A stretch of 64,000 nt of DNA from positions 1 through 64,000 of IMG/VR virus record IMGVR_UViG_3300025853_000057; one strand, given 5' to 3'. The first letter of the stretch is position 1, and each line of letters starts with the position of its first letter. The stretch comes from a virus. The translations under genes were made by a program, and so were the position numbers. Under the pieces are notes generated by a model, which worked only from the letters and a program-made list of their open reading frames with translations, ran no database searches and was not told the origin of the DNA. Shown here in pieces: positions 17,741 to 29,400 of the stretch.

Positions 17741-18384
17741 GAAAAGAAACTGTAGAACAGTTAGGTGATTGGTATCAGAGGTTCCCTAAATTATGGGAAT
17801 CCTCTGGTGTCAATCAGATTGTGAAAACCATTAGTGTAGAATATCAAAAGTATGTAATATACCCTGAGCCTAAACAAATATTTAGAGCTTTTGAATTATG
17901 TCAATACAATGATATTAAAGGAGTTATACTAGGTATGGACCCTTACAATAATGGTAGTGCTACAGGCTTGGCTTTTGGAGTTAAATCAGAACTCTATATA
18001 AATCCCAGCTTGGTAAAAATTAGAGAAGCTATAGAAAAAGAAATACATAATGGACTATGCTTAGATTTTGATTATTCACTAGAATATTTAGCTAATCAAG
18101 GTGTGCTTTTGTTAAATAGTTTCCTAACAGTGAGAAGAAGAAGTCCTGGAAGTCATAGAACTGTATGGTCAGACTTTACCAAGGGATTCTTAACTCAGTT
18201 ATCTATAGTTAAACCAGATTTACTATGGTTTTTGTGGGGTAGAGATGCTCAAAGTTTTAAGCAATACATATACCCTACACCAAATATCTATGAAGCAGAG
18301 CATCCAGCTTATGCAGCTAGAAATAGTAGACCATGGATAACTAACAATCAATTTGAAAAAACTAAACACATAATTAATTGGTAA
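17737..18384 (+). CDS. ung: Uracil-DNA glycosylase (family 1)
   Basis: IFRAF, VILGMDPY, ATGLAF, PSL..I, QGVLLLN..LTV..PGSH..W, LWG..A, EHPAY. Confidence 0.9.
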   Translation: MRKETVEQLGDWYQRFPKLWESSGVNQIVKTISVEYQKYVIYPEPKQIFRAFELCQYNDIKGVILGMDPYNNGSATGLAFGVKSELYINPSLVKIREAIEKEIHNGLCLDFDYSLEYLANQGVLLLNSFLTVRRRSPGSHRTVWSDFTKGFLTQLSIVKPDLLWFLWGRDAQSFKQYIYPTPNIYEAEHPAYAARNSRPWITNNQFEKTKHIINW

Positions 18385-18385
18385 T

Positions 18386-18766
18386 ATGGAACATCTTATA
18401 CATAAAATTATTGAGTTCCATGAGGCTTTTAACCAGCCTTATGCTAAGGATATAACTCCTGTATCAGCTAAAGAAGCTGTACTAAGGTATGACTTAATGG
18501 CAGAAGAGAACAAAGAATACTTACTAGCTGCCTTAGATAAAGACCTAGAGGGTATTGCTGATGCTTTAGGAGATAAACTTTATATACTCTTAGGGACTAT
18601 TATTAAGCATGGAATGCAGCACATTATTGTAAATGTATTTAATGAAATACACAAAAGCAACATGTCCAAGCTAGGAGAAGATGGTAAGCCTGTGTTAAGA
18701 CAAGATGGTAAGATTCTTAAAGGACCTAACTACAGCCCCCCTAATTTAAAACAATTTGTAGAATGA
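18386..18766 (+). CDS. MazG-like/PRA-PH nucleoside triphosphate pyrophosphohydrolase
   Basis: EENKEY, IADALGDKLY, EIHKSNMSKL..DGK...R.DGKILKGPNY. Confidence 0.85.
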   Translation: MEHLIHKIIEFHEAFNQPYAKDITPVSAKEAVLRYDLMAEENKEYLLAALDKDLEGIADALGDKLYILLGTIIKHGMQHIIVNVFNEIHKSNMSKLGEDGKPVLRQDGKILKGPNYSPPNLKQFVE

Positions 18767-19149
18767 AGACTTTGATTTTATTACTTCTGCCTTTAAGTAT
18801 CTATAGTCAGACTATAGATTCTGTATGGGCAGAAATTAACAAACAAAGAATTAAAAAGCCAGATATAGTAATGAGGCAAGCAATGCTTGAAACTATGTGG
18901 CTTAAATGTAAAGATTGTAGTCTTAGGTTTAATAACATCTTTGGTTTTAGACATAAGACTGCTATTAAAGAAGGAAATCCTCAAGGCTATCTAGAGTTTG
19001 AAACTTGGCAGGATTGTATTTACTATTACAAAAGCTGGCAAGAAGAAAAGTATGATTCAGGATGCTACTATGCTTTCTTAGAGGAAGTAGGCTATGCTGA
19101 ATCACAGAAGTACTGTGAAACTTTAAAAGTGTTAAAGCGGAGATGGTGA
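18763..19149 (+). CDS. GH73-like glucosaminidase with signal peptide
   Basis: MKTLILLLLPLSIYSQ leader; QAMLET, NNIFG, F.TW.D, GYAE..Y motifs. Confidence 0.7.
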   Translation: MKTLILLLLPLSIYSQTIDSVWAEINKQRIKKPDIVMRQAMLETMWLKCKDCSLRFNNIFGFRHKTAIKEGNPQGYLEFETWQDCIYYYKSWQEEKYDSGCYYAFLEEVGYAESQKYCETLKVLKRRW

Positions 19150-19156
19150 GGTAAAT

Positions 19157-19196
19157 AAACAGCAGTAGGTTTTTATCTACTGCTGTTTTACTTTTT
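19157..19196. terminator. Bidirectional terminator between the convergent replication and virion blocks
   Basis: AAACAGCAGTAG...CTACTGCTGTTT inverted repeat between the two convergent stop codons. Confidence 0.85.
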
Positions 19197-19197
19197 A

Positions 19198-22100
19198 CTA
19201 AATTCTTAGGTTTTGCATTACTTTAATTAATTCATCAGGACTCATAATAGTTTCTATTCTTCCAGAACCTAAAAGTTTTAGAAATTTAGCTACTATTTTA
19301 TAATCTCCTTTCTCCCATACTCCAGTATCTCTTTGGTAAGTTTCTAAAGGATTAAATAATTGTTTTATTAGTCTAATAGTCTTTTCTATAACAGTTTGAG
19401 CTGCCATAGGATTAGAAAAGGTTTTATAGTTTGCAATAGGATTAATAAAACCAAATAACTCTTGATGCAGCCTAAGAGAGAATAGCAAAGGATAAGCCAG
19501 TAGTTTTTTATCTTCATCATCAGCTTCATCTGATAGTCTTGCTAAAATCATACTAATAATTCCTGTAACACTGATGAAAGCTAATTCAGCTCCTGCCCTA
19601 CTAAGATTTCTTCTTTCTAAAGGTGTTAAGTTCTCACTTGAAGAAAAAGGAGATAACTGTATCAAGGTATCTTTAAGCTGTGAAGTTACTAGTCTAAAGA
19701 ATGTATTATAGTAACCCTCAGTTGGTGCTCCTAATTCTTGGTCTAAACCATAGGTTTTAAACCTTTTCTTCATGCCCGATGGAAAAAATTTCCTGTACAT
19801 CAACGCTAGTCTTCCCAGCCAATGTCTCTCTGCTGTAACTTTATCAAAGTTATTGTAAACTCCATGCATCCTTTTATTGATAGCATGTAAAGAGTTCTGA
19901 ATGTCCATATCTACTAAGCCATTAGCTGTAGGAGTTCCTTCAAGAGAAACTCCTTCCTTTAATCTTATAGCTCCATCAGGCCCTAATTCATAAGCATCTA
20001 TTAAAGATATTTCTTTAGTTATACCTCCTATTTTCTGCTTTACTTTATTTCTTTTAAGCATGGCTAACATAGCTTGCACTTGAATAGCATGCTCCCCTTG
20101 ATTTTGTAAAAAGAACCATGTATCTGTAGACCATGCTTTCTTCATAGCAGACATACTAACTTTTCTACCATATCTGTCTGTATATTCTCCTTGCATAGGG
20201 TCATATAACTCAATCAATTGGCCTATGAAAGAAGTAGCAGTAGGTTGAGTAAAATCTTTTACATAGTTACCTATATTTCTAGCATAGTAAACCTTTGCCC
20301 ATGCTACTTCTTTCTGATTAAAAAATTCATCAGAAGCAGCTTCTATCATTAACTGAGCATTAGCTTGTAGGGAGTTAGCAGCAGAACCTACAGGGTTACC
20401 TCCAATTTGAGTTTTAGAACCAAAACCCATCAAATTGGCAGCAAGTTTATTAAAGTCTACAACTTTACCTGCTATTGCAGTTTTAGATTCTAATTGTTGT
20501 ACACCATATATTTGCATGTCCATAAATACCTCAAGAAGGGCTGCTATATTATTACCTCCATGCTTCTTAACATACTTATCCCAAGATGTGATACCTGCTT
20601 TCTTAGCTGCCTCACTAATAAATCTATTACCTAAAGCATCTGTTTTTAAAGGAGGATTCTGTTTAGTTGATTCTAAAGCTGCTGTACCTACTACAACACT
20701 TTCATTGGCTGCTTCAAATTTAAGAGAAGCCTGGTCAAACATAAGTACAGAAGATAGTAAGTCTAAAGAAACATCCTCTGCTGGCATGTTTTGTGTATAT
20801 AAAACAGGAATAACTTTCTGTCCTTCTACTTTTTCTCCATAGATAAAAGCATCTTCTTCTGTGTACTTAACTAGGTTTCTCCAGCTATATTTAGCATAAT
20901 TGATAGCTCCGTTTTCTACTAGTCTATCTATATCAGATTTAGCTACAGAAGGAAGTATATACCCTCTTTTAGCTCTATCAGGAACTCTCTGCTGAGACTT
21001 AAAGTAAGTAGCTATTAGAAGGTCATAAAACTCCTTTTTATTCTTACTAGACTGTATCTGCTTATACCTAGGGTCTGCATACTTTGCTCTGGAAGGTCTG
21101 GAAAAATCTCTTGAATAGTAAGTAACACCTTGTATTTCTACTTGGTTATTCTTTAACCAAAATTCAAATTGCTTTTCAGATATAACATTATCTTCTACTA
21201 GCTTTTTGTGTTCTTCAATAATAGTCTTTCTTCCCTTTTCTATAACCACTACTTCTCCTGTTTCAGGATTAGTAACTGTTCTATCTTCATAAGGTAGAGC
21301 TTCTGTATTTTCTTTGTACCAGCTTTGAATAAAAGCATTCTTCTGTGTAGGGTCAGTAATAGATTCAGCCTGTTTATACATATTATTTAAGGCTTCATTG
21401 TATGCAGACATATCTACTTCTTGTACAAAAGCCATTTTATCTACAAGCTCTTTCTTCCCATGGTCATATACTTTAGTTCTAGTGTAAAAAGGCTTATAAA
21501 AAGATGAAGGTACATTTCTATTCTCTGAAGTACTAGTAGCATACTTCTTAAATCCTTTAGATGCTTTATGAGCAGTTCTTATAGATATCTGTCTAGCATT
21601 TTCATAGGCAGCTTTTAAGGTCTTAGCAAACAAAGCTACAATAGGATTACTACTAGATATAGCTGGAGTAAGTAAAAAGTCTAAGAAAGGTACATCTCTA
21701 TTAGAGCCATCTTCTAATGCTTTTAGTATAGTATTGTATGTAACACCATCTTCACCTATTTCTTTTTCTAGAGTTTCAAGTCTTCTTTTAGTAAGCTTAT
21801 ATGCTCTAGAATCAGGGTCTAGCTTTCCTAACTTCTTCTTTAAAGATGTTATCTCTTCTATGTGCTTAATGTTAGCTTTCTTAGATATTGACTCAGACAG
21901 TAGTTTAGCTACTTGAGGATTCATTTCCTCATTATATATACTTTCAATTCTACTAAAAGCTGCTACTATACTATTGGCTTTAGATAATGGAGTTCCTGGA
22001 GTTAAAGCTTCTTTACCTCCTATTTCCATATCTAAGAATGCTTGTATCTGGCTTACAATAGGCTTAAGCATATCTACTGTTTCTTTAGCCTTAACAAGCC

Positions 22101-23457
22101 TAGTAATCATTTCAGCTTTGTCTGCATTGTTACCTTCTTTAGCATCCCGTATAGTTTTCTCTAGCATTTTTAAGTCTCCAGGGAAATTCTTAGAGCCTCT
22201 AAGCTGGGCATATATAGTGTCAATAAATTGACTAATAGCTTTAGTCTTTTCTACAGTTTCTATACTTTCCTTGAGCTGTTGAGTAATGTATTTTTCAGCT
22301 CTACTGTTTTTAGGATTTCTTTCTAATAGTAGAAGCCTGTTCTCTAATACCTGTTTAATTTTATCTAGGAGCTTATCTGTTTGCTTAAATTTGCTAAAGT
22401 CTACATCCTCTTCAGTTACTTCATGTAACTCGTCTAAAAATTTCCTGTAAGCGTCTAAATAAAATATAGGTTCAGGAGCTAACTCAGTAACAGTATTTTC
22501 TGAAGTGCTAGTAATATGCATAGGTATAATACCTAATTCATTTTGGTCACTAAAACTGTAACCTTGAGACATTGCTAGTCCTTTGTAAATAGATAGCTGT
22601 CCAGAGTGTTTATCTTTTCTAGAAGCTTTTTTACCTCCTTTGAACCTCCTATCATATTGGTTTTCAAATTTTCCTGTGTTGTAAGGAGCAAACCTTTTAG
22701 TATCAGGGTCATAGTTAGTAGGGTTAACACTACTCTTTAAATCAAAAATACGAATACTACCATCAGGGTCTACAACTACAATATCTGCTGTACCTGCTAC
22801 TCCTTTTTCTACATTGAAAAATTTAATCTGAGATAATACTACTGAGTTAGGAAAAGACTTTACAAAGTTATTTAGTGCTTCATAGGCAGTATTAAAAGCT
22901 TTATCACTAAGCATTAGGTCATTACCCTCACTAATAGCAAATTGCTTTAAATCTTGTAAAGTATCTCTTTCATTTTTTCCTAGAGTTATACTACTTAATA
23001 TAAAGTCTATTTGGTTACCCCACTGTCTATTATCTTCATACAGAGTTTCATCACCATCAAAACCATAGAACTCTTTATCAGAATTTTCTAGATATGTAGT
23101 AGCTCTTTCTAAAGGTGTTCCTGTAGCAGTATGTACATAAGTTTCATCATCCTTACTACTTACTTCTGTTTGTTGTAAAAGCAAACTTTCTATAACCTCC
23201 TTCATCTTTTTAGGAGGTTTATTCCCTGTTCTACTTTCGTAGTTTTCTAGCTGGTTTTGATAATTCTGTATGTCACTAGGACTTAGTTGATTATATTCTG
23301 AACCAATTAAAGGATTTACCTTATCTAAAAATCCTTCTATTTCTTCTAAACTAGGTATCTCATAACCATTAGCTATAAACAGTTTATAAGCTGAAAATAC
23401 TCCTAGTGATTCTTCAAGTAGTCTCCATTCAGGAGTGTTTTTATTAGGACATGCCAT
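19198..23457 (-). CDS. Large virion cargo/ejection protein with PD-(D/E)XK nuclease domain
   Basis: MACPN..PEW start; GVAGTADIVVV..DG...IFDLKSS...QLSIYK nuclease motif; hydrophobic C-terminal helices; follows the RNAP gene. Confidence 0.7.
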   Translation of the reverse strand: MACPNKNTPEWRLLEESLGVFSAYKLFIANGYEIPSLEEIEGFLDKVNPLIGSEYNQLSPSDIQNYQNQLENYESRTGNKPPKKMKEVIESLLLQQTEVSSKDDETYVHTATGTPLERATTYLENSDKEFYGFDGDETLYEDNRQWGNQIDFILSSITLGKNERDTLQDLKQFAISEGNDLMLSDKAFNTAYEALNNFVKSFPNSVVLSQIKFFNVEKGVAGTADIVVVDPDGSIRIFDLKSSVNPTNYDPDTKRFAPYNTGKFENQYDRRFKGGKKASRKDKHSGQLSIYKGLAMSQGYSFSDQNELGIIPMHITSTSENTVTELAPEPIFYLDAYRKFLDELHEVTEEDVDFSKFKQTDKLLDKIKQVLENRLLLLERNPKNSRAEKYITQQLKESIETVEKTKAISQFIDTIYAQLRGSKNFPGDLKMLEKTIRDAKEGNNADKAEMITRLVKAKETVDMLKPIVSQIQAFLDMEIGGKEALTPGTPLSKANSIVAAFSRIESIYNEEMNPQVAKLLSESISKKANIKHIEEITSLKKKLGKLDPDSRAYKLTKRRLETLEKEIGEDGVTYNTILKALEDGSNRDVPFLDFLLTPAISSSNPIVALFAKTLKAAYENARQISIRTAHKASKGFKKYATSTSENRNVPSSFYKPFYTRTKVYDHGKKELVDKMAFVQEVDMSAYNEALNNMYKQAESITDPTQKNAFIQSWYKENTEALPYEDRTVTNPETGEVVVIEKGRKTIIEEHKKLVEDNVISEKQFEFWLKNNQVEIQGVTYYSRDFSRPSRAKYADPRYKQIQSSKNKKEFYDLLIATYFKSQQRVPDRAKRGYILPSVAKSDIDRLVENGAINYAKYSWRNLVKYTEEDAFIYGEKVEGQKVIPVLYTQNMPAEDVSLDLLSSVLMFDQASLKFEAANESVVVGTAALESTKQNPPLKTDALGNRFISEAAKKAGITSWDKYVKKHGGNNIAALLEVFMDMQIYGVQQLESKTAIAGKVVDFNKLAANLMGFGSKTQIGGNPVGSAANSLQANAQLMIEAASDEFFNQKEVAWAKVYYARNIGNYVKDFTQPTATSFIGQLIELYDPMQGEYTDRYGRKVSMSAMKKAWSTDTWFFLQNQGEHAIQVQAMLAMLKRNKVKQKIGGITKEISLIDAYELGPDGAIRLKEGVSLEGTPTANGLVDMDIQNSLHAINKRMHGVYNNFDKVTAERHWLGRLALMYRKFFPSGMKKRFKTYGLDQELGAPTEGYYNTFFRLVTSQLKDTLIQLSPFSSSENLTPLERRNLSRAGAELAFISVTGIISMILARLSDEADDEDKKLLAYPLLFSLRLHQELFGFINPIANYKTFSNPMAAQTVIEKTIRLIKQLFNPLETYQRDTGVWEKGDYKIVAKFLKLLGSGRIETIMSPDELIKVMQNLRI

Positions 23458-26400
23458 TAGTTACAATTATTAAGTAGTTCTAATACATCTGCATCATTTA
23501 CATTTACAAATGTACTAAATAAAGTAGTAGCTCTATCTTCTGTAGATTCCATAGGAGCTTGCAGTTGATTATTTACAAACCCTCTAAATCCTTCTATATC
23601 TTTTTGAGAACCTAATATGTGAATTTGTTCTGGTTTTTCAACACCATATTGATTTAAAAATTCTCCTTGTTCAAACTGTTCTTCTGATAAACTTTGAATA
23701 AAATTTTTACTATAATTTTCTATAAATCCATCATCATTATTTACTTTATTAATATTATTATCAATAAAAGTAGAAGGATTTTTTAAATTAATTATTGCAG
23801 TTATTGTTCTTGAAAGACTTTTAAAACCAGGTGTATTTAATTTACCAAAATAAATATAATCTGCTCCACTTTGATAGAAAGATTTATCAAACTTATCAAA
23901 TTTTGCATTTGTTCCATGATAAACAATATCTTTTACTTTACTATCTGGAAATATAGTATCTAAATATTGAGAGTATAGTTGTAGAGCTTGTTGTTTTTGT
24001 TGTGGGGTTATTTTAGATAACTCTAACTCAACTAAATTATTTGGTAATCCTGATTCTCCTTCTATTTTCTGTGCTTGGCTTAACTCTAAATTTATAGTTA
24101 TAAAATCTGTTAATCTTTCTTTTTCCTTATTTCCTATTAATACCTTTCTAATTTGTTTAGAAGTAATTTCATGCTTATACTTTAAATATGCTTCTAATTT
24201 TTTAGCACCTGTATATTCTTCTTCATTTAAAGGATTTTGGTCAGGATTTTCTGCTAAAAAGTCTATAACATCTTTATATATTTCAATTTCTTTTTCTGTT
24301 AATCCAACAGTAGTTTCTAATTCAAATTTTAAATTACCTCTATTATTATATTCTTTTAAAGCTTCTTCAGCTTCTTCTTTTATAAAGAATATATCAGATT
24401 GGATATCTTCATCTATGTTTACTACAAAATAAGCAGTTCTAAACTGTTCAACATATTTTTTAAGTTTATTAACTTGCTCTTCTAACTGAGTAGCTTCTCC
24501 AATTTTAGTTTTAAAATCTTGAACTTTTAGTTCATTTATACCTTTAACAAACCCTAAAGCTTCATATACTTGGTTAGCTAATTCAGGATTAGAATCAAAT
24601 AGTTCTTGTACTCCTGGTTTGATAGTACCTCTAGCTTTTGGTGTACTTCTGTAAGTCCTATTAGCCAATCTTCCTAGGTTAACAGGATTATCTACTACTA
24701 ACATAGAAGCTAAATCTTCTAATGTAGTCTCAGGATTTAGTTCAGAAGGTATAATAGCTTTTTTAGAATCAGCTAACAAGGATTTAATATACTCAGATAC
24801 TTTTCTAAGGAAAGTCTTAATAGCATTCCATAAACCTTTTTCTTGTTTAACACTTTCTAAATCAGCAGCATATTGGCCTATAAGGTCTACAATAGCTTCT
24901 TCTACTTGTTCTTCATAAGATAACTCTGGGTAATTCTTTTGTACTCTAGCTAAAGTCTTTTTACCTAGCTCAGAATTATTAACCTGTTTTGTTAAGTTTT
25001 TATAGAGCAGTGGATTTTGAAGTTTTACAATAGCTACAAAAGGGTGTGCAAATTCATGGAAAGGAGTATCTAGCCTAGCTTTATCAGGGTTTATTAAAAC
25101 TCTACCATTTTTAAATTGTCCTAGTCCAGGAATAGAAGTGTCAAATTCCCAGTCTATGCCAAACTTAGCGGATAGCTTATCTAGTAATGAAGAAAGTTGC
25201 TCTCTGTTTATTGTTTGTTTTTCTGAGGATTTAGATTGAAAGGGGTTTTTGCCTCCTAAATTCTTAAGTATACTTTCAATTTTATCTTTATTCTCGTTAA
25301 TATCAGATAGGAAGCTATTAAACATAGGCTTCATAAAGTTTTTATTATCAGAATTAGGAAGTTGGTCAAATAGTTTAAGTAAATACTCTTTAGTTATTTC
25401 AGGACTTGGTTCTTCTTTCTTTTCTACAGGAGTTTTTTCAGTAGGAGTAGCTTTAGTCTCAGGCTTAACTTCAGCTTTAGACACACTACTAAGTTGGTTA
25501 AGGAAATTCTGTAACTCTGGACTAAGTGTAGTAGCTTCAGCTTGTTGCTCCTCAGCAGTAGTAGTAGTTTGCTCTTCTTTCTCTTCCCTTATATAGTCTA
25601 AAGCCTCTACTCCTGCATTAATATCCTCTATAGTCCAGAAGAAAGGAGATATTTCTTTAGTTAGTATAGGATTAACAGCTTTGTAATAAGCAGCTACTCC
25701 ATTCACATCAGTACCTTCATTAAACAAGTTACCATCCTTATTTAGAGTAACTGTATCACTAGCTTCTGGAAGACCATCTTTAATACTTACTTTAGACCTC
25801 TGCTTTTGTACAGCATATAGTCTATATATTCTTGATGTAGGTATTCCCTCTGGAGAGAACTCAACAATTTTAAAATATGCAGGATAGTTTAATTTACCAT
25901 TAGAACCTTTACTTACAAGACCTGTACCCTTTATTGCTTGAGCGTTAATTCCCATCTTCATCTTATCATTGCTACTAAAAGCTCCAGAAGGTTTTACTTC
26001 TACCCCAGCATATAAGTCAAATCTAATAACACCATTTCTATCATCCTTAAATACAGGAGAGTTTTGTTTTATAATTTGTATAAGCTGCTCTTTAGTAATA
26101 TTCCCTGCTTCCTTATCTTGTTTAAGCTCTTCTACAAAAGCTTTAAACTCTTCATCCTTTGAGTAATCTTTAAAGAGATTCTTACTGCTAGTAGTTCTAA
26201 GGTCATAGCCATTAGGCTGATATCTAGCATAAAGGTCTACAAATTCTTGGATAAGTTCTCCTTTAGATATTCCAAATACTCTTACAAAGGTTTTATTAGA
26301 TAACCCTGCAAATAAGTCTTGTACTTCATCAAGAGAATTAGAAATATTAGTTAAGTAATGAGGAGCTATCTGTCTTATGAAGCTATCATTTTTAAATAGT

Positions 26401-29400
26401 CCTCCATCTTTCATTAATAGGTAATAGAAAGCTCTAGCTGCAAATAGTCTAGCTTTAGGATTTTCAGAAGTGTAAAGCTCTCTAAAAGAATCCATAAGCT
26501 TTTGTACATAGTCAGAATTATTTTTAGTTCTAGTATTAAGACTCATCTTGTACAGAGAGTGGCCATCTAATCTAGTAGCTTTATTCTTGAAAGGAATAAC
26601 CTCAGGAAGCAATGCTCCAAGAAACTCATTACTTCCAACCTCATCTAAAGCAGATACCTCTGCATACAACTCATGTAAATACGATGGGTCAAATAACTTA
26701 GTAAGATTTAAACCTTTTACTTTATTAGCATACTGATGCTTATAAGCCCTCATAGATAGGAAAGACAGCAAAGATTTACGAATCTTTTTGGCTTTATCAT
26801 CTATAGCCATAGTATTAGGTCTTAGAGAAGTTTTTAAAACTTCTACAATATCCTTTGCTGGTTTTGCTTCTAGTAAGAAGAACTTAGGAGATTCATGGTT
26901 AATAATAGCAGTCTGAGCTTTTAGATTAGTAGATAAGATTTTATCCTTCTTAACTAAGTCTAAAAGGTCAAGTGGATAGTCTCTAGCTGCATAGCCTTCT
27001 ACATGCTCTATTGAATAGTCATTAAGATTTTGAGGGTTGCCATCCTTGCGTAGTACAACTCTAAGACCTAAGTTCTTAATAGACTCTTGAACATTATAAT
27101 TCTCTGAAAATGTAGGTTTAGCTCCTTTAGCTAATCCTATAATGTCTGTAAAGTTCCTTAAGAAATCTGATACTTCTTTAAACAGCTTAATGGTTTGTAA
27201 AGCATTAACTTGTATAAAGTTATATTGGGCTTCAGTTAATGTAGAAGAGGTGGGGTCTTGAGCATATAGTAATGCTTGGATAAGGTTATCTTCAGTTAAT
27301 GCTACTTCTTCAGTATCTTTTCCTTGGTATTCTCCTAGAGTTTTTGCTACTAACTTAAAAAAACCTTGTGAGTACTCTCCTTCTTTAATAGGAGAGCTAT
27401 CAGCATTAATGAGATTTACAAGCTGTACAACAGCAGGTTGCATACCTGATAATACAACTTCATTAAACCCTTTACCTAATCCCATTTGAGTAAGGCTAGT
27501 ACCTAAAAGCTGATAAGCCATGTTAAACTTAGAAGCTTTAGGGTCTTTACCATTATCTGTCATGGCATTAAGATTCTGTCCTATGAGGTTATTAACCCTA
27601 ATACCTACATTATTTAGGATAGAATCATCTTTTTGATTCCTTGATAATTTAAATCCTTTTGCATACTCTTTAAATGTTTCAGCTACTTCTTTAGCCTCCA
27701 TCCATTCAGCACTTAGGCTAACTCCAGCTTTAGCTAATCTCTGAAATATGAGGTTAAATACAGCTACAGGTCCAATATTCTTTGTACCTGTAGCATTATT
27801 AACACTAGCATTTGTTTTGTTTAATGGGTCATAGATACCAGTAACTTCTGTGTTATCTTTAACTCCAGCTTCTCTAAGTCTTTTTTCTAATTTATCAAAT
27901 GCTTCTGTAGAAGTAACCTCATTGGAAATATCTTCATTAGTATCATTATAAATGAAAGCTCCTGCAACAGGTACAAGAAGGTTATTTATTTCTGTAATAG
28001 TTAAAGGATTTATAGCTGAGATATTTCCCTTCTCAAAGCTACTTCTGTTAGCAGAGATTACCTCACTGAACCTCTGGTTAAAAGCATCTTCTGAAGCTGA
28101 GTAACCTAGTTTATCTAATTGCTTAATAGATTCTTCAGTTCTTACAGTTCTAATAAAGTTTTTAGTGTTTTGTATCTTAGATTTATACTGATTTAAAACC
28201 CTTTGGATTTCCTTAAGATTTCCTCTAGCAACATTTTCTTCAAGCATTAGAGCTGTTAGCTCACTAAAGTCCTTGATACCTTTAAGACTAGTATCTAGGT
28301 TATCATCACTTGTTTCTGTTACATCAGCATCTTCAATATTACCTTCTTCAAAAGCTTCATCTATACTAGATAGAATCTCAGCAATTTGTTGTTTAGCTTC
28401 CTCTGCACTAGGCTTAAGTTTATTAAGTTCAGACTTTAAATTATTTAGTGCTTCTAAAGCTTCTTGATATTTTTTATTCTTTAGAAGTGCTTCTTTGGTA
28501 TTTTCTTTTACATCATATAGTTGAGATTTCTCTCTTATATATTCTTCTCTAGCTTGCTTAATAGCTTCTTCTACATTATCAGCTTTTAAGTACTGACCAA
28601 ACCAATGTATTTTATCATTACTATCTATAAAGTAATCTACTACCCTTACATACTCTGCATCAACGTCAAAGTCAGCACCAGAGAGTTTTAGAATTTCATA
28701 AGGCATAATAATTTCATTACCTGTTTCCATAGGTAAGAAATCTACTACCTTAAAGTAGCCCATTGAGTGTTTATCATCTGTAGGAATTCTAACACCATAC
28801 ATCTCTAAAATCTCAGGAGGAAGTTCATCTCCCTTCTTAAGATTTAAGTGTTCAGCAAACTGAGCAGAAATCTTAATTTCTGTGTAGTATTTACCATCAG
28901 CATCTTTCTTTCTATAAGCTAATCTTCTAGTTGTTACTTTACCTGCATACTTAGAAGGATTGCTTCTAAATTCTTTATCAGTAATAATTTTACCATCTAG
29001 CTCCATTACACCAGTACCATGGTCTGTTCTAAGAGTAAACTTATGCCCAGGAGCTTTATTCTTTAGCACATTTTTAGATACAAAGCTTAGGAACATTGAC
29101 TCCAACTTATCAATGGTACTAGGCATATTTAAGTTGTACTTAGGTAAATCTTCAGCTCCTTCCATAGCAGATACCATCTCAATTAAATAGGAATCTGCAC
29201 CTGTCTGCATTAAGCTTTCTTTAAAGAGCTTTAGAAGATATGTGTACCTAGGCTTATCATTAGAAGAAATAATCTTCTGCATCTCTTTAAAACCTTCTTC
29301 AGTTCTAAGAGATACAAGGTTTTCAAAAGCATCTTGCAAGTCACCTAAAGTAGTAGTTGTGCCAAATACAGATACTTTAGTTGTACTTTTCTGCTCTGAA

